Source: Mycobacterium sp.
GTDB lineage: Bacteria > Actinomycetota > Actinomycetes > Mycobacteriales > Mycobacteriaceae
Length of the DNA stretch: 64,000 nt
Reading direction: 5' to 3' (one strand)
Assembly: GCA_049647605.1 (NCBI GenBank)
Contig: JBARXZ010000161.1
Shown: positions 47,877-58,400 of the stretch, piece after piece
How the letters are laid out: every line of letters starts with the position of its first letter
Position numbering within the stretch: the stretch's first letter is position 1
Program-made: the position numbers and the translations under genes
The notes under the pieces: model-generated
Databases searched by the model: none
The model's input: only the letters and a program-made list of their open reading frames with translations
What the model was told of the DNA's origin: nothing

Positions 47877-49487
47877 GTGCGGGGTGCTCAGACTCAGTCT
47901 CATTGTGTGAACGCCGGCCCGGCGGGATTGCTCGATCCTTCCGACGTCGGTGCGGCGATAGCGGCGATACGCCGACCGATAGCGGTTGTGGAATCGCCGT
48001 ATGGACCCCGTCCCGTCCCTCTCGACGGGTCGGGACGGCTCACCCCGGAGATCCTCGGCCAGGGCTTGCTGGCGGTTCTGCCACCGATCTACCCCGAATG
48101 GCTGGGGGACCGGGACTTCACCGCCGCTCACGGGGTGCGATTTCCGTATGTGATCGGCGAGATGGCCCGCGGAATCGCCACCGCAAGGATGACGATCGAG
48201 GCTGTGCGAGCTGGTGTGATGGGGTTCTTCGGCAGTGCTGGACTCGACCTCGGTGCGGTTGAAGCCGGAGTTCGGGAGATCCAGGGTGCCCTTGGTCGCG
48301 ACACCGGCGGGTGGGGCGCCAACCTGATTCACAATGTCCAAGACGACGACCTGGAACTGGCGACGGTTGATCTCTTTCACCGCCTCGGTGTGCGCTGTGT
48401 TTCGGCGTCTGCTTTCATGCGCTTGACGCCCGCGGTCGTGTTTTACGCTGCAAAAGGGTTGCGCCGCAGCGCCGACGGGCAGATCATCCGGTCCGGGCGT
48501 ATCTTCGCCAAGGTGTCGCGTGACGAGGTTGCGCGGCAGTTCCTGTCGCCCGCGCCAGAAGCAATGCTGCGCGCACTGGTTGTCGAGGGGCGACTCACCG
48601 CAGAGGAAGCCGCCTTGGCCGGCGAGATCCCCATTGCGGAAGACATTACCGCCGAGGCGGATTCGGGCGGTCACACCGACAATCGCGCGTTGACTGTGCT
48701 GCTTCCGCGTCTCATCGGCCTGCGCGACGCGATGGCCGCCACCTACGGTTATGCGGTGCGGCCGCGGGTCGGCGCGGCAGGAGGGCTCGGTACGCCCGCC
48801 GCCGTGGCTGCCGCCTTCGCGGCGGGCGCATCGTATGTGCTGACCGGCTCGATCAATCAGTCGGCGGTGGAAAGCGGTCTGTCCGAGGACGGCCGAAATC
48901 TGCTTGCCGTGGCCGAATCGACCGATGTGGCAATGGCACCGGCCGCCGATATGTTCGAGATGGGGGTGACCGTGCAGGTGCTCAAGCGCGGCACCATGTT
49001 CGCCCAACGCGGCCAGCGACTATCCGACTTCTACCGCCGCTATTCCTCTTTCGAAGAAGCCCCAGCAGACGAGTTGACGAACCTCGAGACAACCGTCCTC
49101 GGCCGAAGCGTGCAAGATATCTGGGCCGACACCGAGTCGTACTTCTCCGAGAACGACCCTCGGCAGGTGGCGCGCGCGGGTGCGGATCCGCGCCATCGCA
49201 TGGCACTGGTGTTCCGCTGGTATCTGTTCAACGGCGCGCAGTGGGCGCGCGAAGGCCATGTCGCCCGGCGCGCCGACTACCAAATCTGGTGCGGCCCGGC
49301 AATGGGCGCCTTCAACGAATGGGTGCGGGGAAGTTTCCTCGAGCCGGTTCAGGGGCGCACGGTTCGCCAGATCGCACTGAATCTCCTCGAAGGAGCCGCC
49401 ACCGTGACGCGTGCCGGACAGCTACGTGCTGCCGGTGTCGCGATGCCGGCCGCCGCCTTCGATTTTTGTCCACGTCCCCTCGGATGA
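47877..49487 (+). CDS. pfaD: PfaD-family enoyl reductase (nitronate-monooxygenase/FMN TIM-barrel type) of a PUFA-like synthase
   Basis: ..YPEWLGDRDFTAAHGVRFPYVIGEMARGIAT..MGFFGSAGL.., ..ADSGGHTDN.. and ..ADYQIWCGPAMGAFNEW.. are typical of PfaD/Pfa1. Start uncertain; the alternative is GTG 47907. Confidence 0.85.
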   Translation: MRGAQTQSHCVNAGPAGLLDPSDVGAAIAAIRRPIAVVESPYGPRPVPLDGSGRLTPEILGQGLLAVLPPIYPEWLGDRDFTAAHGVRFPYVIGEMARGIATARMTIEAVRAGVMGFFGSAGLDLGAVEAGVREIQGALGRDTGGWGANLIHNVQDDDLELATVDLFHRLGVRCVSASAFMRLTPAVVFYAAKGLRRSADGQIIRSGRIFAKVSRDEVARQFLSPAPEAMLRALVVEGRLTAEEAALAGEIPIAEDITAEADSGGHTDNRALTVLLPRLIGLRDAMAATYGYAVRPRVGAAGGLGTPAAVAAAFAAGASYVLTGSINQSAVESGLSEDGRNLLAVAESTDVAMAPAADMFEMGVTVQVLKRGTMFAQRGQRLSDFYRRYSSFEEAPADELTNLETTVLGRSVQDIWADTESYFSENDPRQVARAGADPRHRMALVFRWYLFNGAQWAREGHVARRADYQIWCGPAMGAFNEWVRGSFLEPVQGRTVRQIALNLLEGAATVTRAGQLRAAGVAMPAAAFDFCPRPLG

Positions 49488-52400
49488 CTTCGTCCACATC
49501 CCGTCGGATCAGAGGTGCCATGACTGTCCAGAATCAGCACTCCATCGCCACCCCGGTTGCCGTTGTCGCCATGACTGCCCTCTATCCGGGGGAGTCGGGG
49601 CTCGACGGATACTGGCGCACCGTCTCCAGTGGTCGCGACGCCATCAGCGACGTGCCGCCGTCGCACTGGCTGATCGAGGACTATTTCGACCCCGATCCCA
49701 AGGCGGTGGACAAGACCTACTGCAAACGCGGCGGTTTCATCGACCCAGTGCACTTCGATCCGGTCAAATTCGGATTGCCGCCCAACGCGTTGCCCTCGAC
49801 AGATTCGGCCCAGATACTGGCGCTGATCGCCGCCAAGCAGCTGCTCGACCGGGTGACGCGCGGCGAAGCGGACGTCGACCTCGATCGGGTGGACATCGTG
49901 CTCGGGGTCGCCTCTACCACCGAGCTCGTCGTGCAGATGGGTTCGCGGTTGCAGCGGCCGATCTGGCGTAAAGCGATGCTGGAGAACGGTTTACCCGAGG
50001 ACGAGGCGGACGAGATCTGTCGCGATATCGCCGATCACTACCCGCCGTGGGTGGAGAGCACCTTCCCGGGTCTGCTCGGCAACGTCGTCGCCGGACGCGT
50101 TGCCAACCGCCTCAACCTCGGCGGCGCAAATTTTGTGACTGACGCCGCTTGTGCGAGTTCGCTTTCGGCGTTGCAGGCGGCGCTGCACCGGCTCTATCTG
50201 CACGAGGCCGATCTGGTGCTGACCGGCGGCGTCGACGCCCTCAACGACGTGATGATGTACATGTGCTTCTCCAAGACGCCGGCATTTTCGCAGACCGGGG
50301 ACTGCCGGCCGTTCTCCGACGGCGCCGACGGGACCATCATCGGTGAAGGCGTGGGCATGGTGGCGCTCAAGCGCCTCAGCGACGCCGAACGTGACGGGGA
50401 TCAGATCCATGCGGTCATCCGTGGTCTCGGTTCCTCCTCCGACGGACGGGCCTCCAGCGTCTATGCGCCGCGCTCCGAAGGACAAGCCAAGGCACTCCGC
50501 CTGGCCTACGAGCGGGCCGGATACGAGCCGTCGACCGTCGGCCTTCTCGAAGCACACGGCACCGCCACCAAGGCCGGCGACGTGGCCGAATTCGCCGCGC
50601 TCAAGTCGGTGTTCACCGATGTCGACTCCCGATGTGCAATCGGGTCGGTGAAATCCCAGATCGGCCACACCAAGGCTGCGGCCGGCGCCGCGGGTCTGAT
50701 CAAAGCGGTCCTCGCGTTGCAGCACTCGACCCTGCCCGGCACGTGCAAGGTGGAGAATCCCAACCCAGCACTCGGTATTGCCGAAACGCCCTTCTACGTC
50801 AACGCTCAGACCCGCCCGTGGGTACGAACAGGGGATCGGCCGCGGCGCGCCTCGGTCAGCTCTTTCGGCTTCGGCGGCAGCAACTTCCACGTGACGCTGG
50901 AGGAGTACCGCGGTGTGCAGCGCGCGAAGCGGCTGCGGACCCTGCCGACCGAACTCGTGGTACTCAGCGCGGGCAGTGAGGCTGAACTCAAGACGCGGGC
51001 CGCGGAGATCGCCGCCGCAGTGCGCACCGGAGAGAGCCTTGCACGCATCGCTTTCGAGTCCGCAGGCCGGTTCGATGTGTCGATGCCCGCACGCGCAGGC
51101 TTGGTGGCAGCGGATGCCGATGCGCTCGAGGCGCTGGCCGAGCGGCTGGCGAAGGCACTTGCCGACGGCACGGCCGGCCAGCTCACCGATCCCAATATCG
51201 CGGTCGGCTTCGGACCTGCCCGTGAAGGCAAGACGGCGTTCCTCTTTCCCGGTCAGGGCAGCCAGTACGTGGGGATGGGCGCCGATCTGGCGCTCGATTT
51301 TTCCGAAGCGCTTGCGGTGTGGGACGGGCTGGAGGGCGACCTTGCGGACCTTGCCGACGTGGTGTTCCCGGAGCCGGTGTTCGACGCGGCATCGGTGGAA
51401 GCGCAGAACGCCGAGCTGACCGCGATGGCCAACGCCCAGCCCGCGATCGCCGCGAGCAGCCTTGCGCAACTGCAGCTCCTCGACGTGCTCGGCGTATCCG
51501 CGGATGCCGCCGCCGGTCACAGCTTCGGCGAGGTCACCGCCCTTGCGGCCGCAGGGGTCCTGCCGACAGAGCGACTTGTGGAAACGGCGCGCACCCGCGG
51601 TGTCCTGATGACCGAGGCGGGACAGGGGCACGACGGTGCCATGCTGGCGATCGCTGCCAGCGCCGAGGACGTGCGGGCGCTGCTCGATTCGCGTCCGGAG
51701 TCTGCTGGTTCGCTGGTGATCGCCAACAACAATGCCCCGCTCCAGGTGGTGCTGGCCGGACATGGTTCCGAGATCGCGTGGGCGGAGACGGCTGCACAAT
51801 CGGCGGGGTGGACGTCGCGTCGGCTGCCGGTGGCATCGGCATTCCATTCGCCGATCGTGGCGGCCAGTTCCCCGGCGTTGACCAAGTATCTGAAGACGCT
51901 CAAGCTCGGGGAACCGCGGTTCCCGGTGTATGCCAACGCGACGGCACAAACCTACGGTGAACAGGTCGCAGAGCAGCTGGGCGACCAAGTGCGCCAGCCC
52001 GTGAAGTTCCGCGAAATGATCGAAACGATGGCGAGCGACGGGATCACGAGGTTCATCGAGGTCGGGCCGGGCCGGGTTCTGACCGGACTTGTCGGGAAGA
52101 TCCTCGAGACCACCCCTCATCTTGCGGTGGCACTGGACGATCCGAAGGCCGGCGGTCTACGCGGCTGGCATCGGGGTTTGGCGAGGTTGGCCGCCGACGG
52201 CGTGGCGCTGGACCTGGCTTCCCTGTTCGACCACTATGACGAGCCGGCCAAGCATGTTCCGGCGCCGCCCCACGCAGTCCTGGTCGGCGGCGCCAACGTG
52301 GGGAAGCCGTACCCGCCCGCTGACGGCAAGACCTCGATCACGCCGAAGCGCAGCCGCTCCACCTCGCCCGCCCCGTCGGTACCCGCAGAAGGGCCCCCGT

Positions 52401-55400
52401 TGACCGCAACAGCTCAGCGCATCACCGAACCAGCGCCGACCCCGGAGCTTGGGCACACTGCGATGCCGGCACCGACCGTGCACGTGGTCGCACCCGCTGT
52501 TGAGGCGGTGCAGACTCCGGTGACCGAAATGGCGGAACTCTCCGAAGATGCCTGGAGCATCATCGACCGCATCCAGAAGGAGACCGCCGAGCAGCACCAG
52601 CGCTATCTGGACGTGGTCACGCAGAGCCATCAGGCATTTCTCGATGTGTCAGCGCAGATGATGGCGGAAATCATGAGCGATCCTGCTCCCGTCCAGCACG
52701 CACCCAGACCGGTCCTCAACGGGGCCGTCCAGGCCCCCAGGTCGGTACCGAACGGGGTGCCGCTGATCTCGAACGTCTCTGACGTGGTGGCCATTCCGGC
52801 GCCCACTGCTGTGGCGCCGCCCGCAACGGTGCGGACGGCAACACCGCCACCGCCACCGCCGGCTCCGGTGCCGGTGTCGGTTCCGGTGGTTCCGGTGGAG
52901 TCGGCGGGTGAGGTTGTGTTGGCGATTGTGTCGGAGAAGACGGGTTATCCGGCGGAGATGCTTGGGCTCGGGATGGAGATGGAAGCCGAGCTGGGTATTG
53001 ATTCGATCAAGCAGGTGGAGATTTTGGCTGCGTTGCAGGGTCGGTTCCCTGGTGCGCCGGAGATTCCTGCTTCGGAGTTGGCTGGGTTGCGCACGTTGCA
53101 GGATGTGGTGGATTCCGTTGCCGGCTTCACTTCCGGAGGTCGCACTGAAAAGGTTGCACAGGAAAAACATTCGATTCCGGTTGGTGGAACCCGCGTCGGC
53201 CTGAGCTGTACCGAGGCGGAACTTCAACCCGTCCCGCCGGCGGGATTTGCCATGGCAGGTCTGCGTGACGGCGAAGTCTTCATCACTGGTGAACACCCGG
53301 TCTTCGCCGCCGCCCTGGAACGGGCGATGCAGGCCCACGGGATCAAGGCCAGAGCCGTCGACGACGTGCCGGACGAAGCGGGCGCGGTCATCTCACTTGC
53401 CGCCCTCGGAACCGTCGCCTCCCCAGAGGACAGCGTTGCGCTGCACGTGCGGGCGTTTCACGCCGCACGCAGCGTAGCCAAGGGCAGCTCCAAGACACGA
53501 CTCTTTGTCACTGTGCAGTCCACGGGCGCAAGCTTCGGTGGATCAGACGTGCCGATCGGTGTCGCGAGCCTGGTGAAAACCGCTGCGTGGGAATGGCCCA
53601 ACGCCTCCGTCCGGGCGATCGACCTGGAAACCCTCGACGCGGAGCGGTTGACGGCAGAGTTGCTCACCGGCGGTAGTGGTATCGAGGTGGCTCTGCGTGA
53701 CGACGGCAGCCGGATGGTTGTTGTCGATGACATCGAGGCCCTGCCCGCCGGTGAGACGATCAGCGTTGCCGACGGCGGTGTTGTGGTGGTCACCGGCGGA
53801 GCCCGCGGTGTGACGGCGGAGTCCGCGCTGGCCCTCGCTGCTCGCCACGGTCTGCGCCTGGCGCTTCTCGGCCGCACCTCACTGCGAGAGTCCGCACCGG
53901 ACGGACCCTCCGGAACCACTGCTGCCGAGATCGCTGCCGCATTGGTCGCATCGGCCCGTACCCGAGGCGAGACTGTTGGGCTGCCGCAAGCGCGTGCACA
54001 GGCGGAAGGCCTGCTCGCGGAGCGGGAAGTGCGGTCCACTCTGGCGAACGCGCAGCGGCAAGGTACTCCGGCGCGATACTTCGCCGCCGATATCACCGAT
54101 CGAGCTGAACTACGGCGCGTACTGGAGGAGATTCGGCAAACCTTCGGGCAGATCGTCGGTGTGGTCCACGGCGCGGGCGTGCTTGCCGACAAACGTCTGG
54201 AAGACCTCGGCGACGATCAGTTCGTCAAGGTGTTCAACACCAAAGTGGCTGGTGCGGAGGCGCTCCTGGACGCGACTTCAGCAGACGATCTGCGGTTCGT
54301 CTCGTTGTTCTCATCGATTGCGGCGCGGGCCGGCAACCCCGGGCAATCCGCATACGCCGCCGCGAACGCGGTGCTGGAGTCCATCGCGGCCCGGGAGGCC
54401 GGGCGCCGCGGCGACACGTGCGTCGTACGGGCATTCGGTTGGGGTCCGTGGGACGGTGGCATGGTCGATGCGACGCTGAGGAGCCGGTTCCTGGAAGCCG
54501 GGGTGGGTCTGATCCCGATCGACGAGGGGGCGGACTTCTTCGCCGAACACGCCTTGCGGCGATCGCCGGCGTCTGCGGTGGTCGTTGCGGCGCCCGCCGA
54601 ACGTCGCCTTCGGCCGGCGCTGCTGGATTGGGATGTGTCGATCGACAACCTGCCGGTGCTTGCCGATCATCAGGTCCGCGGGCGGGTTGTCGTTCCTGTG
54701 GTGATCGTGCTCGACGCCATGCTGCGCGCCGCACGAGGTCTCGTTCCGGATTGCAGTCCGGTGGTGCGCGACTTCCAGGTGTTGTCGGGTGTCACCTTCG
54801 CGGCATCCGAACAACAGGCTCTCACCATGGCATTCGAGCCGGTGGGCCCGTCCTACAGTGTGACGGTCCGGGATGGCGAGGGCCGCCCGCGTTACCGCGC
54901 GATGCTGGAAACAGAGAAGGCTCCGGAATCCGTTGTGCCCCGGGAGAGGCCGATTCCGCAGATATCGGGGTCACCTTGGCCGATGAGTGTGGCCGACGCG
55001 TATGCGGGTCCGTTGTTCCACGGGCCGTTGTTCGCCGCGATCGAAGAACTCGACGCGGTGGCATCCGGCGGTGGCAGTGCACACGTCAAGGGACTTGTCG
55101 ATCTCGGTTGGCCGGAAGACAACTGGGCGATCGATCCGGCTCTCGTCGATGGCGGGTTGCAGCTGGGGATCTTGTGGGCGAGTGCCCAAGGGCTTCCGCT
55201 GGTGCTACCAGTGCGCATCGGACGTGCTGTGTTCCACCGTCCCTTCACCGACGGCGGCGTCCTGCGCAGCCGCCTGGCCGCACACCCCGTCAGCGACAAA
55301 CGTGTTGACTTCGACATCGTTTTCGAAAGCCAGGCCGGCGTACTGGTCGCCGAGCTGGAAGGCGTCGAGTTCTACGCTGCAGGCCACGCAGCGGACGCGT

Positions 55401-55408
55401 CGGCGTGA
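49484..55408 (+). CDS. pfaA: PfaA-like polyketide/fatty-acid megasynthase: KS - AT - single ACP - KR - PKS-type DH
   Basis: KS DAACASS (Cys 50150-50152), EAHGTATKAGD and GHTKAAAG. AT GQGSQ and GHSFG (Ser 51521-51523). ACP LGIDSIKQVE (Ser 53003-53005). KR VVTGGARGVT (about 53775-53815). DH HQVRGRVVVP (His 54668-54670). ATG 49484 overlaps the pfaD stop (ATGA); the alternative is ATG 49520 with an AGAGG RBS. Confidence 0.9.
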   Translation: MTSSTSRRIRGAMTVQNQHSIATPVAVVAMTALYPGESGLDGYWRTVSSGRDAISDVPPSHWLIEDYFDPDPKAVDKTYCKRGGFIDPVHFDPVKFGLPPNALPSTDSAQILALIAAKQLLDRVTRGEADVDLDRVDIVLGVASTTELVVQMGSRLQRPIWRKAMLENGLPEDEADEICRDIADHYPPWVESTFPGLLGNVVAGRVANRLNLGGANFVTDAACASSLSALQAALHRLYLHEADLVLTGGVDALNDVMMYMCFSKTPAFSQTGDCRPFSDGADGTIIGEGVGMVALKRLSDAERDGDQIHAVIRGLGSSSDGRASSVYAPRSEGQAKALRLAYERAGYEPSTVGLLEAHGTATKAGDVAEFAALKSVFTDVDSRCAIGSVKSQIGHTKAAAGAAGLIKAVLALQHSTLPGTCKVENPNPALGIAETPFYVNAQTRPWVRTGDRPRRASVSSFGFGGSNFHVTLEEYRGVQRAKRLRTLPTELVVLSAGSEAELKTRAAEIAAAVRTGESLARIAFESAGRFDVSMPARAGLVAADADALEALAERLAKALADGTAGQLTDPNIAVGFGPAREGKTAFLFPGQGSQYVGMGADLALDFSEALAVWDGLEGDLADLADVVFPEPVFDAASVEAQNAELTAMANAQPAIAASSLAQLQLLDVLGVSADAAAGHSFGEVTALAAAGVLPTERLVETARTRGVLMTEAGQGHDGAMLAIAASAEDVRALLDSRPESAGSLVIANNNAPLQVVLAGHGSEIAWAETAAQSAGWTSRRLPVASAFHSPIVAASSPALTKYLKTLKLGEPRFPVYANATAQTYGEQVAEQLGDQVRQPVKFREMIETMASDGITRFIEVGPGRVLTGLVGKILETTPHLAVALDDPKAGGLRGWHRGLARLAADGVALDLASLFDHYDEPAKHVPAPPHAVLVGGANVGKPYPPADGKTSITPKRSRSTSPAPSVPAEGPPLTATAQRITEPAPTPELGHTAMPAPTVHVVAPAVEAVQTPVTEMAELSEDAWSIIDRIQKETAEQHQRYLDVVTQSHQAFLDVSAQMMAEIMSDPAPVQHAPRPVLNGAVQAPRSVPNGVPLISNVSDVVAIPAPTAVAPPATVRTATPPPPPPAPVPVSVPVVPVESAGEVVLAIVSEKTGYPAEMLGLGMEMEAELGIDSIKQVEILAALQGRFPGAPEIPASELAGLRTLQDVVDSVAGFTSGGRTEKVAQEKHSIPVGGTRVGLSCTEAELQPVPPAGFAMAGLRDGEVFITGEHPVFAAALERAMQAHGIKARAVDDVPDEAGAVISLAALGTVASPEDSVALHVRAFHAARSVAKGSSKTRLFVTVQSTGASFGGSDVPIGVASLVKTAAWEWPNASVRAIDLETLDAERLTAELLTGGSGIEVALRDDGSRMVVVDDIEALPAGETISVADGGVVVVTGGARGVTAESALALAARHGLRLALLGRTSLRESAPDGPSGTTAAEIAAALVASARTRGETVGLPQARAQAEGLLAEREVRSTLANAQRQGTPARYFAADITDRAELRRVLEEIRQTFGQIVGVVHGAGVLADKRLEDLGDDQFVKVFNTKVAGAEALLDATSADDLRFVSLFSSIAARAGNPGQSAYAAANAVLESIAAREAGRRGDTCVVRAFGWGPWDGGMVDATLRSRFLEAGVGLIPIDEGADFFAEHALRRSPASAVVVAAPAERRLRPALLDWDVSIDNLPVLADHQVRGRVVVPVVIVLDAMLRAARGLVPDCSPVVRDFQVLSGVTFAASEQQALTMAFEPVGPSYSVTVRDGEGRPRYRAMLETEKAPESVVPRERPIPQISGSPWPMSVADAYAGPLFHGPLFAAIEELDAVASGGGSAHVKGLVDLGWPEDNWAIDPALVDGGLQLGILWASAQGLPLVLPVRIGRAVFHRPFTDGGVLRSRLAAHPVSDKRVDFDIVFESQAGVLVAELEGVEFYAAGHAADASA

Positions 55409-58400
55409 GCGAATTCGACCCGGTCGCAATCGTCGGCCGTAGCTGCGTGCTGCCCGGAGCGATCACACCGGAAGCGCTTTTCGAGGCCACCCTGGCTGGG
55501 CGCAGCCTGCTCACTACGACTCCGCGGGATCACTGGCGGGGGGTGGATCCGGGGATGCTGCTGGCCAGCGACAAACCTGGCCTGCGGGTGGCCTCCACGA
55601 CCGGCGGCTACATCGACCCGACCGGACTGACCTCGCGCATCGGCGATTTCGAGCCACTGGACCCGATCGTTCATTGGCTTGCACGTTGCGCGGAAGAAGC
55701 CTTGACCGCTCCGGCGGCCCCACCCCGGACCGGCCTGATCGTCGGCAACCTCTCCTACCCGAGCACCCTGGGCACCGCCTACGTCGAGAGCTTCTGGAAC
55801 GGCGGCAGCGATGTCGATCCGCGCAACCGGTTCTCCTCGGGACTGCCGGTACAGCTGGTCGCGAAGGCCCTGGGCATCACCGGGCCGGTCTTTGCGCTCG
55901 ACGCGGCGTGCGCGTCGTCGTTGTACGCCATCAAGCTGGCCTGCGACGCCCTGCACGACGGCACGGCCGACATGATGCTTGCCGGCGGCGTCAACGCTGC
56001 CGACGATCTGTTTTTGCACCTGGGGTTCACTGCCCTGCAAGCGCTGAGCCCGTCCGGTAGGTCGCGCCCGTTCCACGCTCAGGCCGACGGTCTGGTTCCG
56101 TCGACGGGCGCCGCACTGGTCGCGCTCAAACGCCTTGACGACGCCGAACGTTCCGGTGACCACATCCTCGGAGTGATCGCCGGTGTCGGCCTTTCCAATG
56201 ACGGGCGGCAGAGCGGCCTGCTGGCACCCTCGGCTCTGGGCCAGGCCCGTGCCATGACAGCGGCGCTGGAACAAGCGGGGCTGGGACCCAAGGACATCGA
56301 TTTTGTGGACTGCCACGCCACGGGCACCACGCTGGGTGACGCGACGGAACTCGAGAGCATCGTCACCGCATACGGCGAAGTGCCACTGAAGTTGGGAGCG
56401 CTGAAGGGGAACCTCGGGCACACCATCACGGTGTCGGGGGCGGCGAGTCTGATCAATGTGTTGTCGGCGATGCAGGCTTCGGTGATCCCGCCGGCCCTGT
56501 GCGACCAGCCGACCGCGGCGCTGCTGCAGACCCCCTTCATCCTGTCGACCACCCCGACGCCGTGGCGAGAAACCATCAAGCGCGCAGCGGTCAGCAACTT
56601 CGGATTCGGCGGCAACAACGCGCATCTGATCGTCGAGAACTACGTCGGGCGGCACCCTGGCCGGGTCGGTTCGGCGTCTCGGCAGCCGCGGCCCTCGGAC
56701 GAGATCGTCATCTGTGGTCTGGGCGTGGTGACCGGCGATGCAGCCGATCTCGGGGCATTCCGTCGTCGCGCGCTCGGTCCGACGGCGGAGCCGACTCCGC
56801 TCGACAAAGTCGAACTCGACTTCGTGGGCCTCGGTTTCCCGCCCAGCGAACTCAAGACCAGCCTCGGTCAGCAGACCGCGATGTTGGCGGCGGCGGCGCA
56901 GGCGCTCGAGGGCGTCGACGTCGGCCCGGAGCGGACCGGCGTGATAGTCGGCATGGGCTGCGATGCAGGAGTCGCCCGTCATCGGTTGCGGGTACTGCAC
57001 AGCGCCGACGAGGACTGGCTGACCGCGAACGAGGACGCGGCCCCGCGGTTGACCGCCGACGGTGCGGTCGGTGCCATGCCGAACATTCCGGCCAACCGCA
57101 TCCATGCGCAGCGCGACTTCCGCGGGTTCGGCTTCACCGTCTCCAGCGAGGAGCTCTCGGGGATCACCGCGCTGCGGATCGCTGCGCGCGCATTGCGGAG
57201 CAGAGAACTCGATACCGTCGTTGCCGGTGCGGTCGACCTGTGCTGTGAGCCGGCCCACGCCCGGGCGGCGGACGCACTCACCGCGGACGACAGCGTGCCG
57301 CACGGCGATGCGGCGGTGGCATTTCTTCTCAAGCGGCGCGCAGACGCCGAAGCCGCGGGCGACGAGATCATCGCGATCGTCGATCCGGACGGCGTTTGCA
57401 GTGCCGTGGAGCCGAACTTCGCGGCGGGGCGGTTCGGCCGCACACACGCAGCCGGGGCCGCCACCGAGATCGCCGCGCGCGTGCTGGCGCTGCGTTCCCG
57501 GGTTCGGATGGACGCGAGTGGCGCACAGCCGGCACCGGGCGGGACCCGTGCAGCAGTGCAACTGGAATCCATCGGCGGAGACACCGACGGCGTCACGCTG
57601 GCTGCGATCAACGACTCACCGGAGCCGTTGGCCGTCGGGGTCGTCCCCATCTCGGAGCGCTATGCCGCGGCCAGCAGAAGTGAGCTGCTGGCCCGCATGG
57701 TGCGCCGCGAACCCGGTGGAAACGGGCCGGTGCGTTGCTCTTTGGTGGCCGACGGCGAACCCAGGCTGGACACCTTGCGAAGCCAGGCCGTGGACCGGCT
57801 GAACCGCGGCGAGGCTCCTGTCGGTCCCGGCGTCGCGTTCACCGACACTCCGATCACCGGAGAACTGGCCTTCATGTTCACCGGCGCAGCGGCCGCGTAC
57901 CCCGGTGCGGGTCGCGATCTGATGCTGGCGTGGCCGGAGCTCGGTGATGCGCTGGCGGTGCGGCTACCGCTGACGGGTGATCTGGCGCGCGGACTCTACG
58001 GGGCCGGCATCTCGGCACTGGATCCACGCACCCAGCTGACCGGTTGTGCGCTGGTATGTCAGGCGCACGCGGAGTTCTCCCGCACAATTCTCGGACTTGC
58101 GCCGAGCGCGGCCATCGGCCTCTCCTCGGGTGAGACGAATGCGATGCTGGCGTTCGGGGTGTGGCGCGATCTCGAGGCGATGCTCGACGAAATCGAAGCT
58201 TCTGGCCTCTATGGCGATGAGCTGACCGGCATCTGTCGGGCGGCGGCATCGGAATGGGGCCTTGCAGAGGATGTTCCGGCACCGTGGGAGTGCTGGCGAC
58301 TCACCGCGCCGCGGAAGTCGGTCGAGGCGGCGCTGGCGGTCGAGCCACGCGCCTACATGACGATCGTCCAAGCACCCGACGATTGTGTGATCGGCGGCGA

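Noticed and set aside
49241-49483. Arg-rich N-terminal extension of the pfaA ORF overlapping the 3' end of pfaD.
   Set aside because: It lies inside the well-supported pfaD frame. The KS domain begins just after ATG 49484/49520, and the ATGA coupling explains the arrangement.
49991-52120. 709-aa ORF antisense to pfaA. Similar long antisense ORFs occur at 55372-57561, 57964-59202, 56979-57650 and 53458-54192.
   Set aside because: These are Arg/Pro/Gly-rich low-complexity translations with no motifs, lying entirely opposite genes that have clear KS/AT/KR/DH motifs. They are typical shadow ORFs of high-GC DNA.
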